A DNA stretch of 64,000 nt from a virus: positions 28,520 through 92,519 of IMG/VR virus record IMGVR_UViG_3300037876_000116. One strand, written 5' to 3'. Below the pieces are notes generated by a model. It worked only from the letters and a program-made list of their open reading frames with translations. It searched no databases and had not been told where the DNA came from. Positions 7,229-17,527 of this stretch are shown piece after piece. Position 1 is the first letter of the stretch; each line of letters begins with the position of its first letter. Position numbers and translations under genes: made by a program.

Positions 7229-9745
7229 ATGGGCATCGGAGGAAACAAAAATGAATTTGGCAGTATAGTAGATTTCACTGGTAATAATAGTGGATTCGAT
7301 TTGCTTAAATATATGGTTAAGCAAATGCGGACTAAAGATACAGCAGCAGCCACCGGACCTTATGTAGCCAAAGTTTTGCGTGTTGTAAAGGTTAATTCTG
7401 AAGATATCGATATAGACTGGTTGACTCAAATGCATCATAATCAAAATGCAGTTGATAAAGAAAAGCCCGTAAAACCTATAAATCCTTTAGATTTTAAAAA
7501 TAGAATCATCATATACGGTCGCATAACCAATGAAGTCTTAGATGAACAATTCAATATGCACGGTATGTTGCCTGATCCTAGTGTGTATGGAACAGCCAAC
7601 GATATTGAAAACAATAAAGCTATTGAAAATATCATTCGATTACATTCAAGATTTGTTGCTATGTCTGATGATTTATCTACTCCTGCGCCCGGTGATTATG
7701 TTTGGGTAGATTTTTTAAATAAGGATAGGTTAAATCAGGGAATTTACATTAGTCTTTATAAAAACGCAGCCTCTGGACAAATAACATGCGACTCTACTTG
7801 TGCAACTGACGCTTTTAAAAAAGCCGTACCTACTGGGTCCTTCTCTAAGAGTACAAGTCTCACCAGCAATGACCCAGAGAGATTTAAAAGAGAAAAAGGT
7901 AGTTTTAGTTTTCCTACTAAAGGAAAAGGCATAGAACTATTACCACCAGACCCCCCACCCGTCAAGCCACCACCTACACCACCTACACCACCAGATAAAA
8001 AACCATTTCCAGCCACTCAGACCGAACCAGTAGCACCTTCTGAGCCAGAGGAACAGCCCAAGCCATCCGCTACCGATCCTCCACAAGACGCTGCTACAGG
8101 CGCTCCAACAGCGAACTCAAAGAATATTACACCTAGTTCACCACAAACCAAGAAGTCTCCTCCAGCAACTCCTTCTTGCTTAAAGACTGCAACAGAAGGT
8201 ACTTCTCTTAACAAAACAGCTAACGCCACCGCAGAAACTACAAAAAGTACTTCACAAATACCACCGACCTGGCTTTTTGATGGACTTTCATACGAGACTA
8301 ATTTTGGATACGAAGATAAAAGAGTGCGATTCAATAAAACAAGATCAGTGATTGCAGATAATCAATACATTATGTTTGTCCTACATGAACCAGGCGCGAA
8401 CAATGCATCTGGTTTCACATACGCAAGAAAAAAGATCAAAAAGGCTAACGAAGACAAGGGAAAAACAACTGATGCAATGCATTTTTTCATGGGGGCAGCG
8501 GGCGAGGTTTTTCAAATACAGAGTTTAAAAAACAAATCTAACCACGCAAATATTGTAAATAGCTTTTCTACAGGGGTTGAGACCGTTGGTCAGGGTTGGT
8601 ATAACTACATCAAGAACCCAAAGAAGAGTTCGCCCACGCCAGAACGGTGCGTTATAGACGCTAAAAATAACCTATTTATAGTCGGAGACATTAAAAAGTG
8701 TTTAAAAGCCGCAGGCAAAAGCTATAAAAACAATAAACACCATTTTTTAGGTTCTGGTATATCTGAAAAAGTAAAAAAACAAAGAAAGGAGATAACCTTA
8801 GCCCACAAACAAAGACTGTTGTCCGAACCAATTAAAAACTTTGATAGAGACTTTATTCATGCAATGACTAGAAGTATGCCTAACGAAGTTAGTTTTAGAA
8901 GAATCTATGAATTATGGGTGTATCTTTGCAGCGAGGACAATCCTGATAAAAATCTTTTTCACAATGGTTTTAGGCAGAAAAAAACAGCCGCCTGTATAAA
9001 TGATCCAGAAGGTCACGGAACTGGATTTATGAGACAAGATATTTATTTAAACAAAGAATTAACTCCGAAAAACAGCGCTTCCTCTCCAAAAGCCTTCGCT
9101 TGGGGGCAAAAACTGCTTACAGACTCAAATAAAGATGCCAGGAAGCCCGGTGGACCAGGATACCCATCCGTCCGAAACTCGCAATGGAAAGCACACTGGA
9201 ATGCAGACAAATACGTTAAAAACTTTAGAAGTGGAAAAATAAATGCATCTCAAATAATAGAGAAAGAGCCCTGGTTTCAAGGTGTCGTTTGTCATTGTTT
9301 TTGGGGCGGTCCTCATCACCACGTCGATGGCTGGAACCTTCTTTATTATTTTCTTTGCCGGTGGCTTGGGATGACCAGTGAAGACTCATTTTTTGCAACT
9401 ATTGGTGCTTATATGACGGTGAGAATTGGAGGAGTTCTTGAAGGAATAAGCACCATCCCTGCGAGTCAAAGATTACTCCCTGGTTACGTATACTATCCTA
9501 ACCACCCTGGAGTTAATTATGTTCAGATAGGCAAAAAAATGCTTGAAGAAAGTAAATTTTATACAGATGGATATTACAATTTAAATCCTCATATTAAAGG
9601 AAACTCAAATTCAAGCCTTCAAGAAGGTGGATCTTCTACCGCACCCGAGCAAACAACTACAGGTAAAATGGCTGCTTTCCCAAGAAGTGTAATTTTTGAG
9701 TCCGATACCAGATATCCTAAACAAGAGGACAGTGGAATAACATGA
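7229..9745 (+). CDS. gp5-like baseplate hub protein with a Pro-rich linker and an amidase-2-like peptidoglycan hydrolase domain
   Basis: PAPGDYVWVDF (gp5/VgrG OB-fold motif), PPPVKPPPTPPTPP linker, then FVLHE, MHFFM..GEVFQ, NHAN..NSFSTGVE and GVVCH..HVDG as in Zn amidases. Confidence 0.6.
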   Translation: MGIGGNKNEFGSIVDFTGNNSGFDLLKYMVKQMRTKDTAAATGPYVAKVLRVVKVNSEDIDIDWLTQMHHNQNAVDKEKPVKPINPLDFKNRIIIYGRITNEVLDEQFNMHGMLPDPSVYGTANDIENNKAIENIIRLHSRFVAMSDDLSTPAPGDYVWVDFLNKDRLNQGIYISLYKNAASGQITCDSTCATDAFKKAVPTGSFSKSTSLTSNDPERFKREKGSFSFPTKGKGIELLPPDPPPVKPPPTPPTPPDKKPFPATQTEPVAPSEPEEQPKPSATDPPQDAATGAPTANSKNITPSSPQTKKSPPATPSCLKTATEGTSLNKTANATAETTKSTSQIPPTWLFDGLSYETNFGYEDKRVRFNKTRSVIADNQYIMFVLHEPGANNASGFTYARKKIKKANEDKGKTTDAMHFFMGAAGEVFQIQSLKNKSNHANIVNSFSTGVETVGQGWYNYIKNPKKSSPTPERCVIDAKNNLFIVGDIKKCLKAAGKSYKNNKHHFLGSGISEKVKKQRKEITLAHKQRLLSEPIKNFDRDFIHAMTRSMPNEVSFRRIYELWVYLCSEDNPDKNLFHNGFRQKKTAACINDPEGHGTGFMRQDIYLNKELTPKNSASSPKAFAWGQKLLTDSNKDARKPGGPGYPSVRNSQWKAHWNADKYVKNFRSGKINASQIIEKEPWFQGVVCHCFWGGPHHHVDGWNLLYYFLCRWLGMTSEDSFFATIGAYMTVRIGGVLEGISTIPASQRLLPGYVYYPNHPGVNYVQIGKKMLEESKFYTDGYYNLNPHIKGNSNSSLQEGGSSTAPEQTTTGKMAAFPRSVIFESDTRYPKQEDSGIT

Positions 9746-10683
9746 CATATATAAAAAACATAAACCTCGACCCAATAATAGGAATGGAGCCGGAAAAGGC
9801 ATCCACTTGGAAAAATATAGATTTAAGTAGAGTTCCTCACCAAATCGGCGTCGGCGGAACAGACTTGTATGAAACTTTGATTCCTTTTAATAATGTAGCT
9901 TGTGAAAAAGTAATCAAAGGTAAAAACGATTCTTATATTGTCCTTGGTCGTGATAGATTTGGCAACGAGTATCAAGGTAAGGGGATGATGGGAGAGCCAA
10001 GATGTTCTATGATTGATATGGTTGTTGGTCGCCAACGAGGGCTAATAACGGAACTAAACGAAAAAGCACAATACTCTAATTTAGATCCAGACTTTTTTAC
10101 AGATGCAGCTAGAATTTATATAAGCCAAAGAACAGATGTAGATGAATATTTTAACTTACCACCGGGAAAATCAGTCCCAAACTTTACAGATCGATCCGCA
10201 ATCGCTTTAAAAGCAGACGGAATTAGAGTTATAGGTAGAGAAGGGATTAAACTAGTAACAGGAGGAGATGTAGAAAATTCTCTTGGAATGTCTTATGGAA
10301 ATTATGGTATCGATTTAATTGCTCTAAACGATGGAAGCGACATTCAACCAATTCCAAAAGGTGAAAATTTAAGAAACTCACTCAAAAGACTTTCGTACCA
10401 TGTTAGAGACTTAAATAAAATTGTTAAATCTTTCTTAACTTATCAAATGAAATTTAATGCCGTGGTTCAATCTCATACACACATAAGTCCTTTTTGGGGC
10501 GACGATACATCTCCATCAATGCAGCTAGAAATATTAGATGGACCAACAATTACAAAAGACTTGGAACTAAAAGTAAACGAAGATCTGAATAAAAATATGA
10601 AAAATATTGTATCTCATCAGCTTACTTATTTAGAAAAAAGCGGTAAAAGATATATTTTGAGCAAGTATAATAACACAAACTAA
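9742..10683 (+). CDS. Baseplate spike protein (gp5 C-terminal-like)
   Basis: Beta-strand repeats (SYIVLGRDR, ARIYISQ, AIALKADGIRVIGREGIKLVTG) and an HTH (HxH) spike-tip motif; ATGA-coupled to the hub gene. Confidence 0.55.
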   Translation: MTYIKNINLDPIIGMEPEKASTWKNIDLSRVPHQIGVGGTDLYETLIPFNNVACEKVIKGKNDSYIVLGRDRFGNEYQGKGMMGEPRCSMIDMVVGRQRGLITELNEKAQYSNLDPDFFTDAARIYISQRTDVDEYFNLPPGKSVPNFTDRSAIALKADGIRVIGREGIKLVTGGDVENSLGMSYGNYGIDLIALNDGSDIQPIPKGENLRNSLKRLSYHVRDLNKIVKSFLTYQMKFNAVVQSHTHISPFWGDDTSPSMQLEILDGPTITKDLELKVNEDLNKNMKNIVSHQLTYLEKSGKRYILSKYNNTN

Positions 10684-10691
10684 GGTAATAA

Positions 10692-13600
10692 ATGGCAAAT
10701 CTTAAAAATACACAAGAGACGTTCTTTTCTATGGAAGTTAGTGGCTCAGGTGGAAATGTAAATCTATATTCTTCCATCAACGACTTGTTAACAGACAATC
10801 CAACTGGAAGCGTTCCTAATTTTAGTCCTGCACTAACAGACAGACTAGAGTTTGTTACGCACAGCCCCACTCATAAACCCCAACGGTTCTATATCGTCCA
10901 GGGGGATAACCCTTATATAATAAAAAAAGAAGATCTTAGGCTGGGAATAAACGACCCTTATCCTCCCTCGGAAGTTCCGCAACAGGCGATAACTGCTAGT
11001 TCCAATGTACTTGAAGAAATTAAAAACGAAAGAACAAGAACAATGGACCTACGTAATGTCCCTTCAGGTTATACTTTTATAAATCAATATTCTTATCACG
11101 TAGTGTTAGACACAGGAAAAACTGAACTTCCTAGTTTCACAGACATTAATGACCCCGCCCGCCTCGCTATCATCGAATCAATTCAATCAAGCGCGATGTA
11201 TTCTTTGCTTTACGAGAAGAACATTGATGATAAAATATCTGCCGAAAGCCAACAAAAAATTAACAAATCTGTAGAAATTTTAAAACTTGCCGCATCGAAT
11301 CGTCCAAATTCTAGCGTAAAAGCGTTAACAAGGATTCCAAGACAGTTAATAGAAGGTATACAAAATATCTCTGAAGATGAAGAAGGTAATTCAAAAAACA
11401 TTAATTATACTCATGTACTTCAGTCAACTCCTTCAGAATTAAAAAAATATTTAAAAACAGTTCTCGACAAGTTTAATTTTTTTAAAAATGATTCTGCATC
11501 TTTTGAATTTATTTCATTAGAAAAGGAAGCCAAAGAATTAAAAAAACTCAGTGATAAAATTAATTCTTTATATCAGCATAAAAATATCCCTGAAAGTAGT
11601 CCTTTGTTCTTTTTCTTTAACCAAGATAAAGATTATAAACTAGAAGCTATAACATATTTGAGTTCTCAAGACTTGAAGAAAATTAAAAATCCTTCTAGGA
11701 TAACCGACTTTGTTAATGTAATTGATCTAACGGAAACCACCGCCACTTCAGAAGCTATCTTTAAAAGAAAAAGAAGTGTTTTATATTTTATCAATATTGA
11801 CCTATTTTACAGTGATATTATTAATAATAGAATTGATAAGACCTCAAAAGACACTGAAGCTCCTGTTATAGGTATACCGACATTTCAACGACTTGTTAAA
11901 AAATATTCGTACAAATGGATAGAGACTTCAGACGCCCCCTTAAGAACAGTTTACACGTCTAAAGAGAAGAAAGCACAAGAAGAAATAGAAAATGCTAAAA
12001 GATTTGTTAAGAAGAACTCTTCTAGAAGTGCTAGAGAAGTTGCTTTTTCTACTATTGAAAATGCATCAAAAGCCGCAATCGCGGATGCAGTGAGAACAGT
12101 CTTTAGAAACTTTAAAGATCCTAATTTCTCAGAGGTTGTGCTTGATAATGATGGTCAGTCTTGTGGGTTATCTATTGATTATGTTTTTGACGATATATTG
12201 AACAAGATTGGGCTTCCTAAACTCCTCGCTTATGCTATGTTTCCAAATCTAAAATTTCCAGAAATAGCAGCGGTATCACAAGAATTTTTTAACTTTCCTG
12301 ATATTTCTTTTGATTTTCCTGATGATGATCCAATCTTAGATATCACGCTCGGCGCTGCTGACCTAGCATTAAACTCATTAACAACTCTTGTAGGGACTAC
12401 AATTGGATGTTTGGTAACAAATATTATCGAAGGAATAAAAGCGTCTCTAACGAAAGCGAATGATGTAGACAATAAAATAGGAACTATTCCTATTGCGACT
12501 CTTATAAGTGAACAACAAATAACTGCGTTGAGTGAAAAACTTAGCTCTATGCCCGATGTTGCATTAGATTATTACTCTGTTATCCAAATATTAGAGATTA
12601 TAAATATTAATTCGGAACCGTCAGAAGCAATTGAAATTTTCGAAGGCAATGGTAATTTAGAAGTCATAGAGATTATTGGTAGAGAAATATTAAAAGATTT
12701 TCCAAAGCTAACCCCCGTGTTAGAAACCGTATATGAAACAGAAGAGTTCCTTATGATTATAGGAAAGTCTGTCCTAGAAGCCCTTAGAACAGCGTATGCT
12801 AAGTCTGAAATAAAAAAAGCAAGAGATCTTGTTTATTCTAGTTTTTGTACAGAAGAACAAGGAAGAGTTTTCGATTATATTTCAGGTAGATTTCCTGATG
12901 AGATTACGCGAGATCAAATTATGTCTGATAAAGTGAGGAGAGAAGAATTTTCAAACTATCTTAATGATTTTGAAAATGCAATTGATTCTGATTTAAAACA
13001 ATTCTTATTTGGAGATAAAGCCGATGAGCTTTTAGATTTTACAGCCTTAGATCCGACAAACGATTTTGTTGCATCTTCAACTGTTAAGAGTTATTTCAAT
13101 CCAGTTGGAAAGCTCTTCAATCTAGAAGCCTCAGATATGAAGCCTTACTTTTTATACCCTTCAGCTTCTACTGTCCAAAATAAAAGCGTGCTTGTTAGTT
13201 ATCAGTACCAAGGACAGACCGATGAAGATTCTCCACCGTCTACAAATTTCAGAGTTCTTCTTGAAAAGAAAGATGGACTTAATTTATTGCAGAAAACTTT
13301 GGCAAATGATGATAGCTTTTATTTTAGTCCCTTTAGCTTGGGTGGCGTCAAACCTATTGAATATTTTTACAACTTTCCTGAAGTTCTGAGGATGCATGGT
13401 GGAGAAGATTTATTAATTAAACCTTACTTTAAACTAGAATTTAGCAAAATTGAACCTGCATATAATTTAGATGAAGCTCCAACCGACGCCGCTGGTGACG
13501 CCATGAAAGAGGGGAAAATAATAAAAAACATTGCCGAAACAGCTACTTCAAAAATAACTTATTTTGATGGATATAACAATGCTTATGAAAAAGAAAGAGT

Positions 13601-16600
13601 CATAAACTTAGAAACTGAAAAAATATCTAACTTCGTTTCTCAAGATGATACAGGAATCACTCCACAAGGTTCAGGTTTAGGTAACTATATTAAAGAAATA
13701 TTAGAAAATTATGAAGAAATATCAGACAATTTAAATGGAGTGTTTATCGACGAAGATAACAATTTCCTTGTAAACCCAACTGAAGAGTTCGATCAATTAA
13801 TAGAAAATATAAAGAAAAGAATCTTTCCTTTTATGAACCAAGGACTCATACGTCTTTTAGCTGAAGAAGCTTCAAGGTCTCCTCTTTTTTCAAAAGACGT
13901 CATTTATAGATTAAACTTTTCTTCCCCCAAAGTTGAGGAAAATTTCTGGGATATCGGTGAAATAACGCAAGATGTAATAAAAAAGAAAAGATATTTTGAA
14001 TTTTTACAAAAAAGCAACAATGAAAATATCTTTGATAGGAAGCCGATTGAAAATTCGATTCTTCTAGAATCAGTAGATATGACCTTTAGAGTGTATGCAA
14101 TTGAAGCTCTGATTAATGGAATGTACATCTACAATGATATTGACTTATCTTCTTTTAAGAATAGCCATAATATTTTTGAAATAATAAAAAATCATATGCT
14201 TCAAGAGTTAAAAAATCTTGGACTTCTTTACGAAATTAAATTCGCAGATTTACTTTCCCAATATTATGAAATCAGAAGCGCCCTGCCTGCTAACAACAAT
14301 ATAATGAAGCCGATTCCTGATAACGTTAGTATAATTGAAGACGGCGCTCAAAGTATAGACGAGTTTGCTTGTTTTCTTTTACAAGAACAGTTTGAAGAAA
14401 TATACCAAAGATTTAAGAATTCAATAAACAAGGCGCTTAAAAAAGATCAAAAGCTTGAGCAAGAGGATTTTTTAGATCTCATACCTTATATGGATGTTCC
14501 GACATCTTTTGCTTGGTCAGGAGACATATATGATAATTTAAGGGGGGATAAATATAAAAGTCGCTTAGATTCTGTGCTAAAAAATGGCGGCTTTATACTT
14601 GAGAGATACATAAGAAATGATTTCAAGCCGCTATATGTAAGTCCAGCAAGTAAAGAAGCGGCAAAAATTGTTAAATACTTACCCCGTTTTAATGTAAGCC
14701 CAGCCCCCATTTTTGGGGATACTTTTGATGTTTCTTTGGCTTTAGCCCCCGGCGGAAATTACTATAACTACAAGAAAAACTGGGAAGAAGGGCAATCAAA
14801 ACTTAAAAACAATGAGTACTATAACACTTATGGAAATTCTGATGGAGTAGTTTCACAAGACGCTTTTGAAAAAATGCAGGGAAAAATTAAAAAAGAGAAT
14901 GAACAAGGTGTAGATAATATAAACCCCCTAGAAGGCGGTCCAGAGTATCTTAACTTAAGCGCTCAACTTGAAAAATTTATTGAAACAAGCGATAAGGACT
15001 TGGTTAACGAATTTGAAAAGAAATTTGATGAAGATGTTGAAAAATACTACAACTTCGGAGGGCAAATAATTGAAAAGCTAAGAAAATTATCTAAATCGAT
15101 ACCGAATGCTTTCACTAATAATTCTTACGATATTACATTGTCTCAAGAAAACCCTCCTAATACTTTAAAGAAAGGTAACACAGAGACTGAACAGGGTTTA
15201 CGGTACGATTGGCCAAAACAAATGGGCTTATTCGATACAGATGATGATGGATGGAAAAAGTATTGGCCAGGTAATGAAGTGGTTGACGAGTGGGCAGGAG
15301 ATTTCCCAGACGTAAAAGATGAAACCTACACTTTGCAAAGTATATTTTCTCAAGAAAATGAAGACTTTATATATGGTGAAAAAATTTGGATCACCCCACC
15401 ACCTGGAAGAGAAGATCTTGCGGGCGAAGTATCGCAATATCTAAAGTCAAAAATAATTTCAAGTTTTCAAGATCCAGACGCCGCAACTGAAAATGATAAA
15501 GAAATGCTGCAAAAAGATGTTTTAGATGCAGTTTTTAGTGACCCAGTGCCTTTCTATGCCAAGCTTCAAAGCTTCATCGATAGTTTTGATACGGAGCTAG
15601 AATTGTTGCTCTATCTTTTAAAATACTCTTTCTTTGATCAAAAATTCCCAGGGTATAACGATAGATTTACAAAAAACAATTTTATTTCTAACGTCTTGAA
15701 AGGATTCGAAGATTATGTCGGAGCAGCTTATAAGATAGTTAAAGTTTATAATGTTCAAATAAACTTGATTGATTATATTTTAGATACATACAATCCTTTA
15801 TATAAAGAAGTATGGAACGGCGACAAACTTTACGACAACCTAGCACTAAAAGAAAGCCTGGTGATCAAAAAAGATAAAATACAAGGATTTATTGACTTTG
15901 TAGAAAACGAAAATATGCTAGATACCCTAAACAAGTTTGATGCTGCAACAACCTCTTTAGAAGCTACACTAGATGAATTAGAAGATCAACTAGGATTGTC
16001 AAAATTAGGATATGATAGTGTGATTGAGTATCTTCAAGAAGAAATAAGCAAGTTAGTTGACGGACCAAATGCTACTGCTATTGGTGGCGCATACACTAGC
16101 TATTTTGATACAATGAAGTATGGTTTAAGGCTTTCATATGTATTTCCTGAGAAAGGTCCAGAGCTTGATTGGATAAGCCTTGGACAAACAACTTCAAATC
16201 TAACAAAGATAATCGGTGAGGAAAACTCTAACTTAAACTTTAAAGAAAAGGCTTTTGTAAGAAAGTATTATTCCTTTGAAACTCAAGAGATGAAAAGATA
16301 TTATAGTTTGCCTTTAATAGCTATGGAAGATGAAGTTTCAAATTATTGGGATAAAACACCGTATATTGATCACGACATATGGGGCAAATATAAAAATGCA
16401 TTCCCGGTCTTGAAACAGAGAATGATTGATTCTGAAGATTATAAAATGTTATTTTCTGATATGTTGTCGTTTGGAGAAATAACGAATACATTAGCTAGCT
16501 TGTGTGTTATACACAATAAGAATGAAGTGATGGATATAAGTCCTTTTGGAATGTTCTCGGGAACAAAAATAAATTTACGAAATGTAATAGACTCTTTGAT

Positions 16601-17105
16601 TGAACAAAGAGGCGGATTTGATTATTTCTATGAAAATGTCCCAGCCTTTGATGGCGTTTTGGAAAATTATTCTAAACTTAATAACCCTGCTAGTGATCCA
16701 TCTTTAGGCAATGAGTATCTAAAAGACTCTTTTGGATATGGTTTGTTGTTTGCTCAGAAGACAGCTTTGAAAATTTTAAAAGGAGTCGTAGAGACAACTG
16801 ATCCAGCCATTATGGCTGCTAAATCAATTCAAAATAAACTAATTGCAAATGCGCAACTCGCCGCGAGGGTAGCAGCTACTGCTCAAGAACTAAGCTCCGA
16901 AAAGCTTTCAGGCGATGAATTAAAAGAAGTATCGGATACTTTAGGTTCTGAAGTCGCACTTGCAGCTTTGACTTTAGGGTTTAGTCCTTTCCCTCTTGGT
17001 CCCAATGTTCTTCTTCCTATTACACCTTCTGGTATAGCTTATTTGTCTCAAGCCACAACAGAGGAACTGGTATCAGAGGCAGAAGAAAGTTTAGATGAAG
17101 ATTAA
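10692..17105 (+). CDS. Very large hypothetical protein (2137 aa), probably virion-associated
   Basis: Long uninterrupted ORF between the spike and gp25 genes; AAGGT RBS; hydrophobic C-terminal segment; no recognisable family motif. Confidence 0.6.
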   Translation: MANLKNTQETFFSMEVSGSGGNVNLYSSINDLLTDNPTGSVPNFSPALTDRLEFVTHSPTHKPQRFYIVQGDNPYIIKKEDLRLGINDPYPPSEVPQQAITASSNVLEEIKNERTRTMDLRNVPSGYTFINQYSYHVVLDTGKTELPSFTDINDPARLAIIESIQSSAMYSLLYEKNIDDKISAESQQKINKSVEILKLAASNRPNSSVKALTRIPRQLIEGIQNISEDEEGNSKNINYTHVLQSTPSELKKYLKTVLDKFNFFKNDSASFEFISLEKEAKELKKLSDKINSLYQHKNIPESSPLFFFFNQDKDYKLEAITYLSSQDLKKIKNPSRITDFVNVIDLTETTATSEAIFKRKRSVLYFINIDLFYSDIINNRIDKTSKDTEAPVIGIPTFQRLVKKYSYKWIETSDAPLRTVYTSKEKKAQEEIENAKRFVKKNSSRSAREVAFSTIENASKAAIADAVRTVFRNFKDPNFSEVVLDNDGQSCGLSIDYVFDDILNKIGLPKLLAYAMFPNLKFPEIAAVSQEFFNFPDISFDFPDDDPILDITLGAADLALNSLTTLVGTTIGCLVTNIIEGIKASLTKANDVDNKIGTIPIATLISEQQITALSEKLSSMPDVALDYYSVIQILEIININSEPSEAIEIFEGNGNLEVIEIIGREILKDFPKLTPVLETVYETEEFLMIIGKSVLEALRTAYAKSEIKKARDLVYSSFCTEEQGRVFDYISGRFPDEITRDQIMSDKVRREEFSNYLNDFENAIDSDLKQFLFGDKADELLDFTALDPTNDFVASSTVKSYFNPVGKLFNLEASDMKPYFLYPSASTVQNKSVLVSYQYQGQTDEDSPPSTNFRVLLEKKDGLNLLQKTLANDDSFYFSPFSLGGVKPIEYFYNFPEVLRMHGGEDLLIKPYFKLEFSKIEPAYNLDEAPTDAAGDAMKEGKIIKNIAETATSKITYFDGYNNAYEKERVINLETEKISNFVSQDDTGITPQGSGLGNYIKEILENYEEISDNLNGVFIDEDNNFLVNPTEEFDQLIENIKKRIFPFMNQGLIRLLAEEASRSPLFSKDVIYRLNFSSPKVEENFWDIGEITQDVIKKKRYFEFLQKSNNENIFDRKPIENSILLESVDMTFRVYAIEALINGMYIYNDIDLSSFKNSHNIFEIIKNHMLQELKNLGLLYEIKFADLLSQYYEIRSALPANNNIMKPIPDNVSIIEDGAQSIDEFACFLLQEQFEEIYQRFKNSINKALKKDQKLEQEDFLDLIPYMDVPTSFAWSGDIYDNLRGDKYKSRLDSVLKNGGFILERYIRNDFKPLYVSPASKEAAKIVKYLPRFNVSPAPIFGDTFDVSLALAPGGNYYNYKKNWEEGQSKLKNNEYYNTYGNSDGVVSQDAFEKMQGKIKKENEQGVDNINPLEGGPEYLNLSAQLEKFIETSDKDLVNEFEKKFDEDVEKYYNFGGQIIEKLRKLSKSIPNAFTNNSYDITLSQENPPNTLKKGNTETEQGLRYDWPKQMGLFDTDDDGWKKYWPGNEVVDEWAGDFPDVKDETYTLQSIFSQENEDFIYGEKIWITPPPGREDLAGEVSQYLKSKIISSFQDPDAATENDKEMLQKDVLDAVFSDPVPFYAKLQSFIDSFDTELELLLYLLKYSFFDQKFPGYNDRFTKNNFISNVLKGFEDYVGAAYKIVKVYNVQINLIDYILDTYNPLYKEVWNGDKLYDNLALKESLVIKKDKIQGFIDFVENENMLDTLNKFDAATTSLEATLDELEDQLGLSKLGYDSVIEYLQEEISKLVDGPNATAIGGAYTSYFDTMKYGLRLSYVFPEKGPELDWISLGQTTSNLTKIIGEENSNLNFKEKAFVRKYYSFETQEMKRYYSLPLIAMEDEVSNYWDKTPYIDHDIWGKYKNAFPVLKQRMIDSEDYKMLFSDMLSFGEITNTLASLCVIHNKNEVMDISPFGMFSGTKINLRNVIDSLIEQRGGFDYFYENVPAFDGVLENYSKLNNPASDPSLGNEYLKDSFGYGLLFAQKTALKILKGVVETTDPAIMAAKSIQNKLIANAQLAARVAATAQELSSEKLSGDELKEVSDTLGSEVALAALTLGFSPFPLGPNVLLPITPSGIAYLSQATTEELVSEAEESLDED

Positions 17106-17113
17106 TATTACAA

Positions 17114-17121
17114 CCTATTTA
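17114..17121 (+). promoter_or_regulatory. Putative late promoter motif CCTATTTA
   Basis: Intergenic copy of the recurrent CTA(T/C/A)TTA motif, 20 nt before the gp25-like ATG. Confidence 0.5.
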
Positions 17122-17141
17122 AATATTAGAAGGTTTTTAAA

Positions 17142-17513
17142 ATGAAAAACACAGGTCTATCTCCAAAACTACCACTCTCTACTTCAAAAGTTCATTATGA
17201 TATGATCTTTGATATGAATGAGAATATAAAACAAAATTTTAAAAATTTGATCTTAACTTCACCAGGCGAGAGAATTATGATACCTGATTTTGGCGTAGGT
17301 ATAAAACATTATCTATTTGAGTTAAAAAAAGAGGTAGTATTCAATCAGATTAAATCAGACATTGAAAACCAAGTAGATCGCTGGATGCCGTTTGTTAAGA
17401 TCGATGATATATCGCTTTATGAAGGCTCTCAAGAAGATGAGACAAAGCTATCTCTTTATATTAGATATTCCATTCCTGATCTAGACATAGCTGATCAACT
17501 TATTATAAATTAG
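17142..17513 (+). CDS. Baseplate wedge protein, gp25-like
   Basis: IKQNFKNLILTSPGERIMIPDFGVGI..YLFE is the GPW/gp25 signature. Confidence 0.9.
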   Translation: MKNTGLSPKLPLSTSKVHYDMIFDMNENIKQNFKNLILTSPGERIMIPDFGVGIKHYLFELKKEVVFNQIKSDIENQVDRWMPFVKIDDISLYEGSQEDETKLSLYIRYSIPDLDIADQLIIN

Positions 17514-17527
17514 CAAGGATTCACATC

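Noticed and set aside
7940-7995. CCACCTACA-type short tandem repeat
   Set aside because: Explained by the Pro/Thr linker codons of the hub protein.
8671-8680. CCTATTTATA inside the hub gene (similar copies at about 28578 and 38947)
   Set aside because: These are mid-gene positions in AT-rich sequence and cannot be distinguished from chance without statistics.
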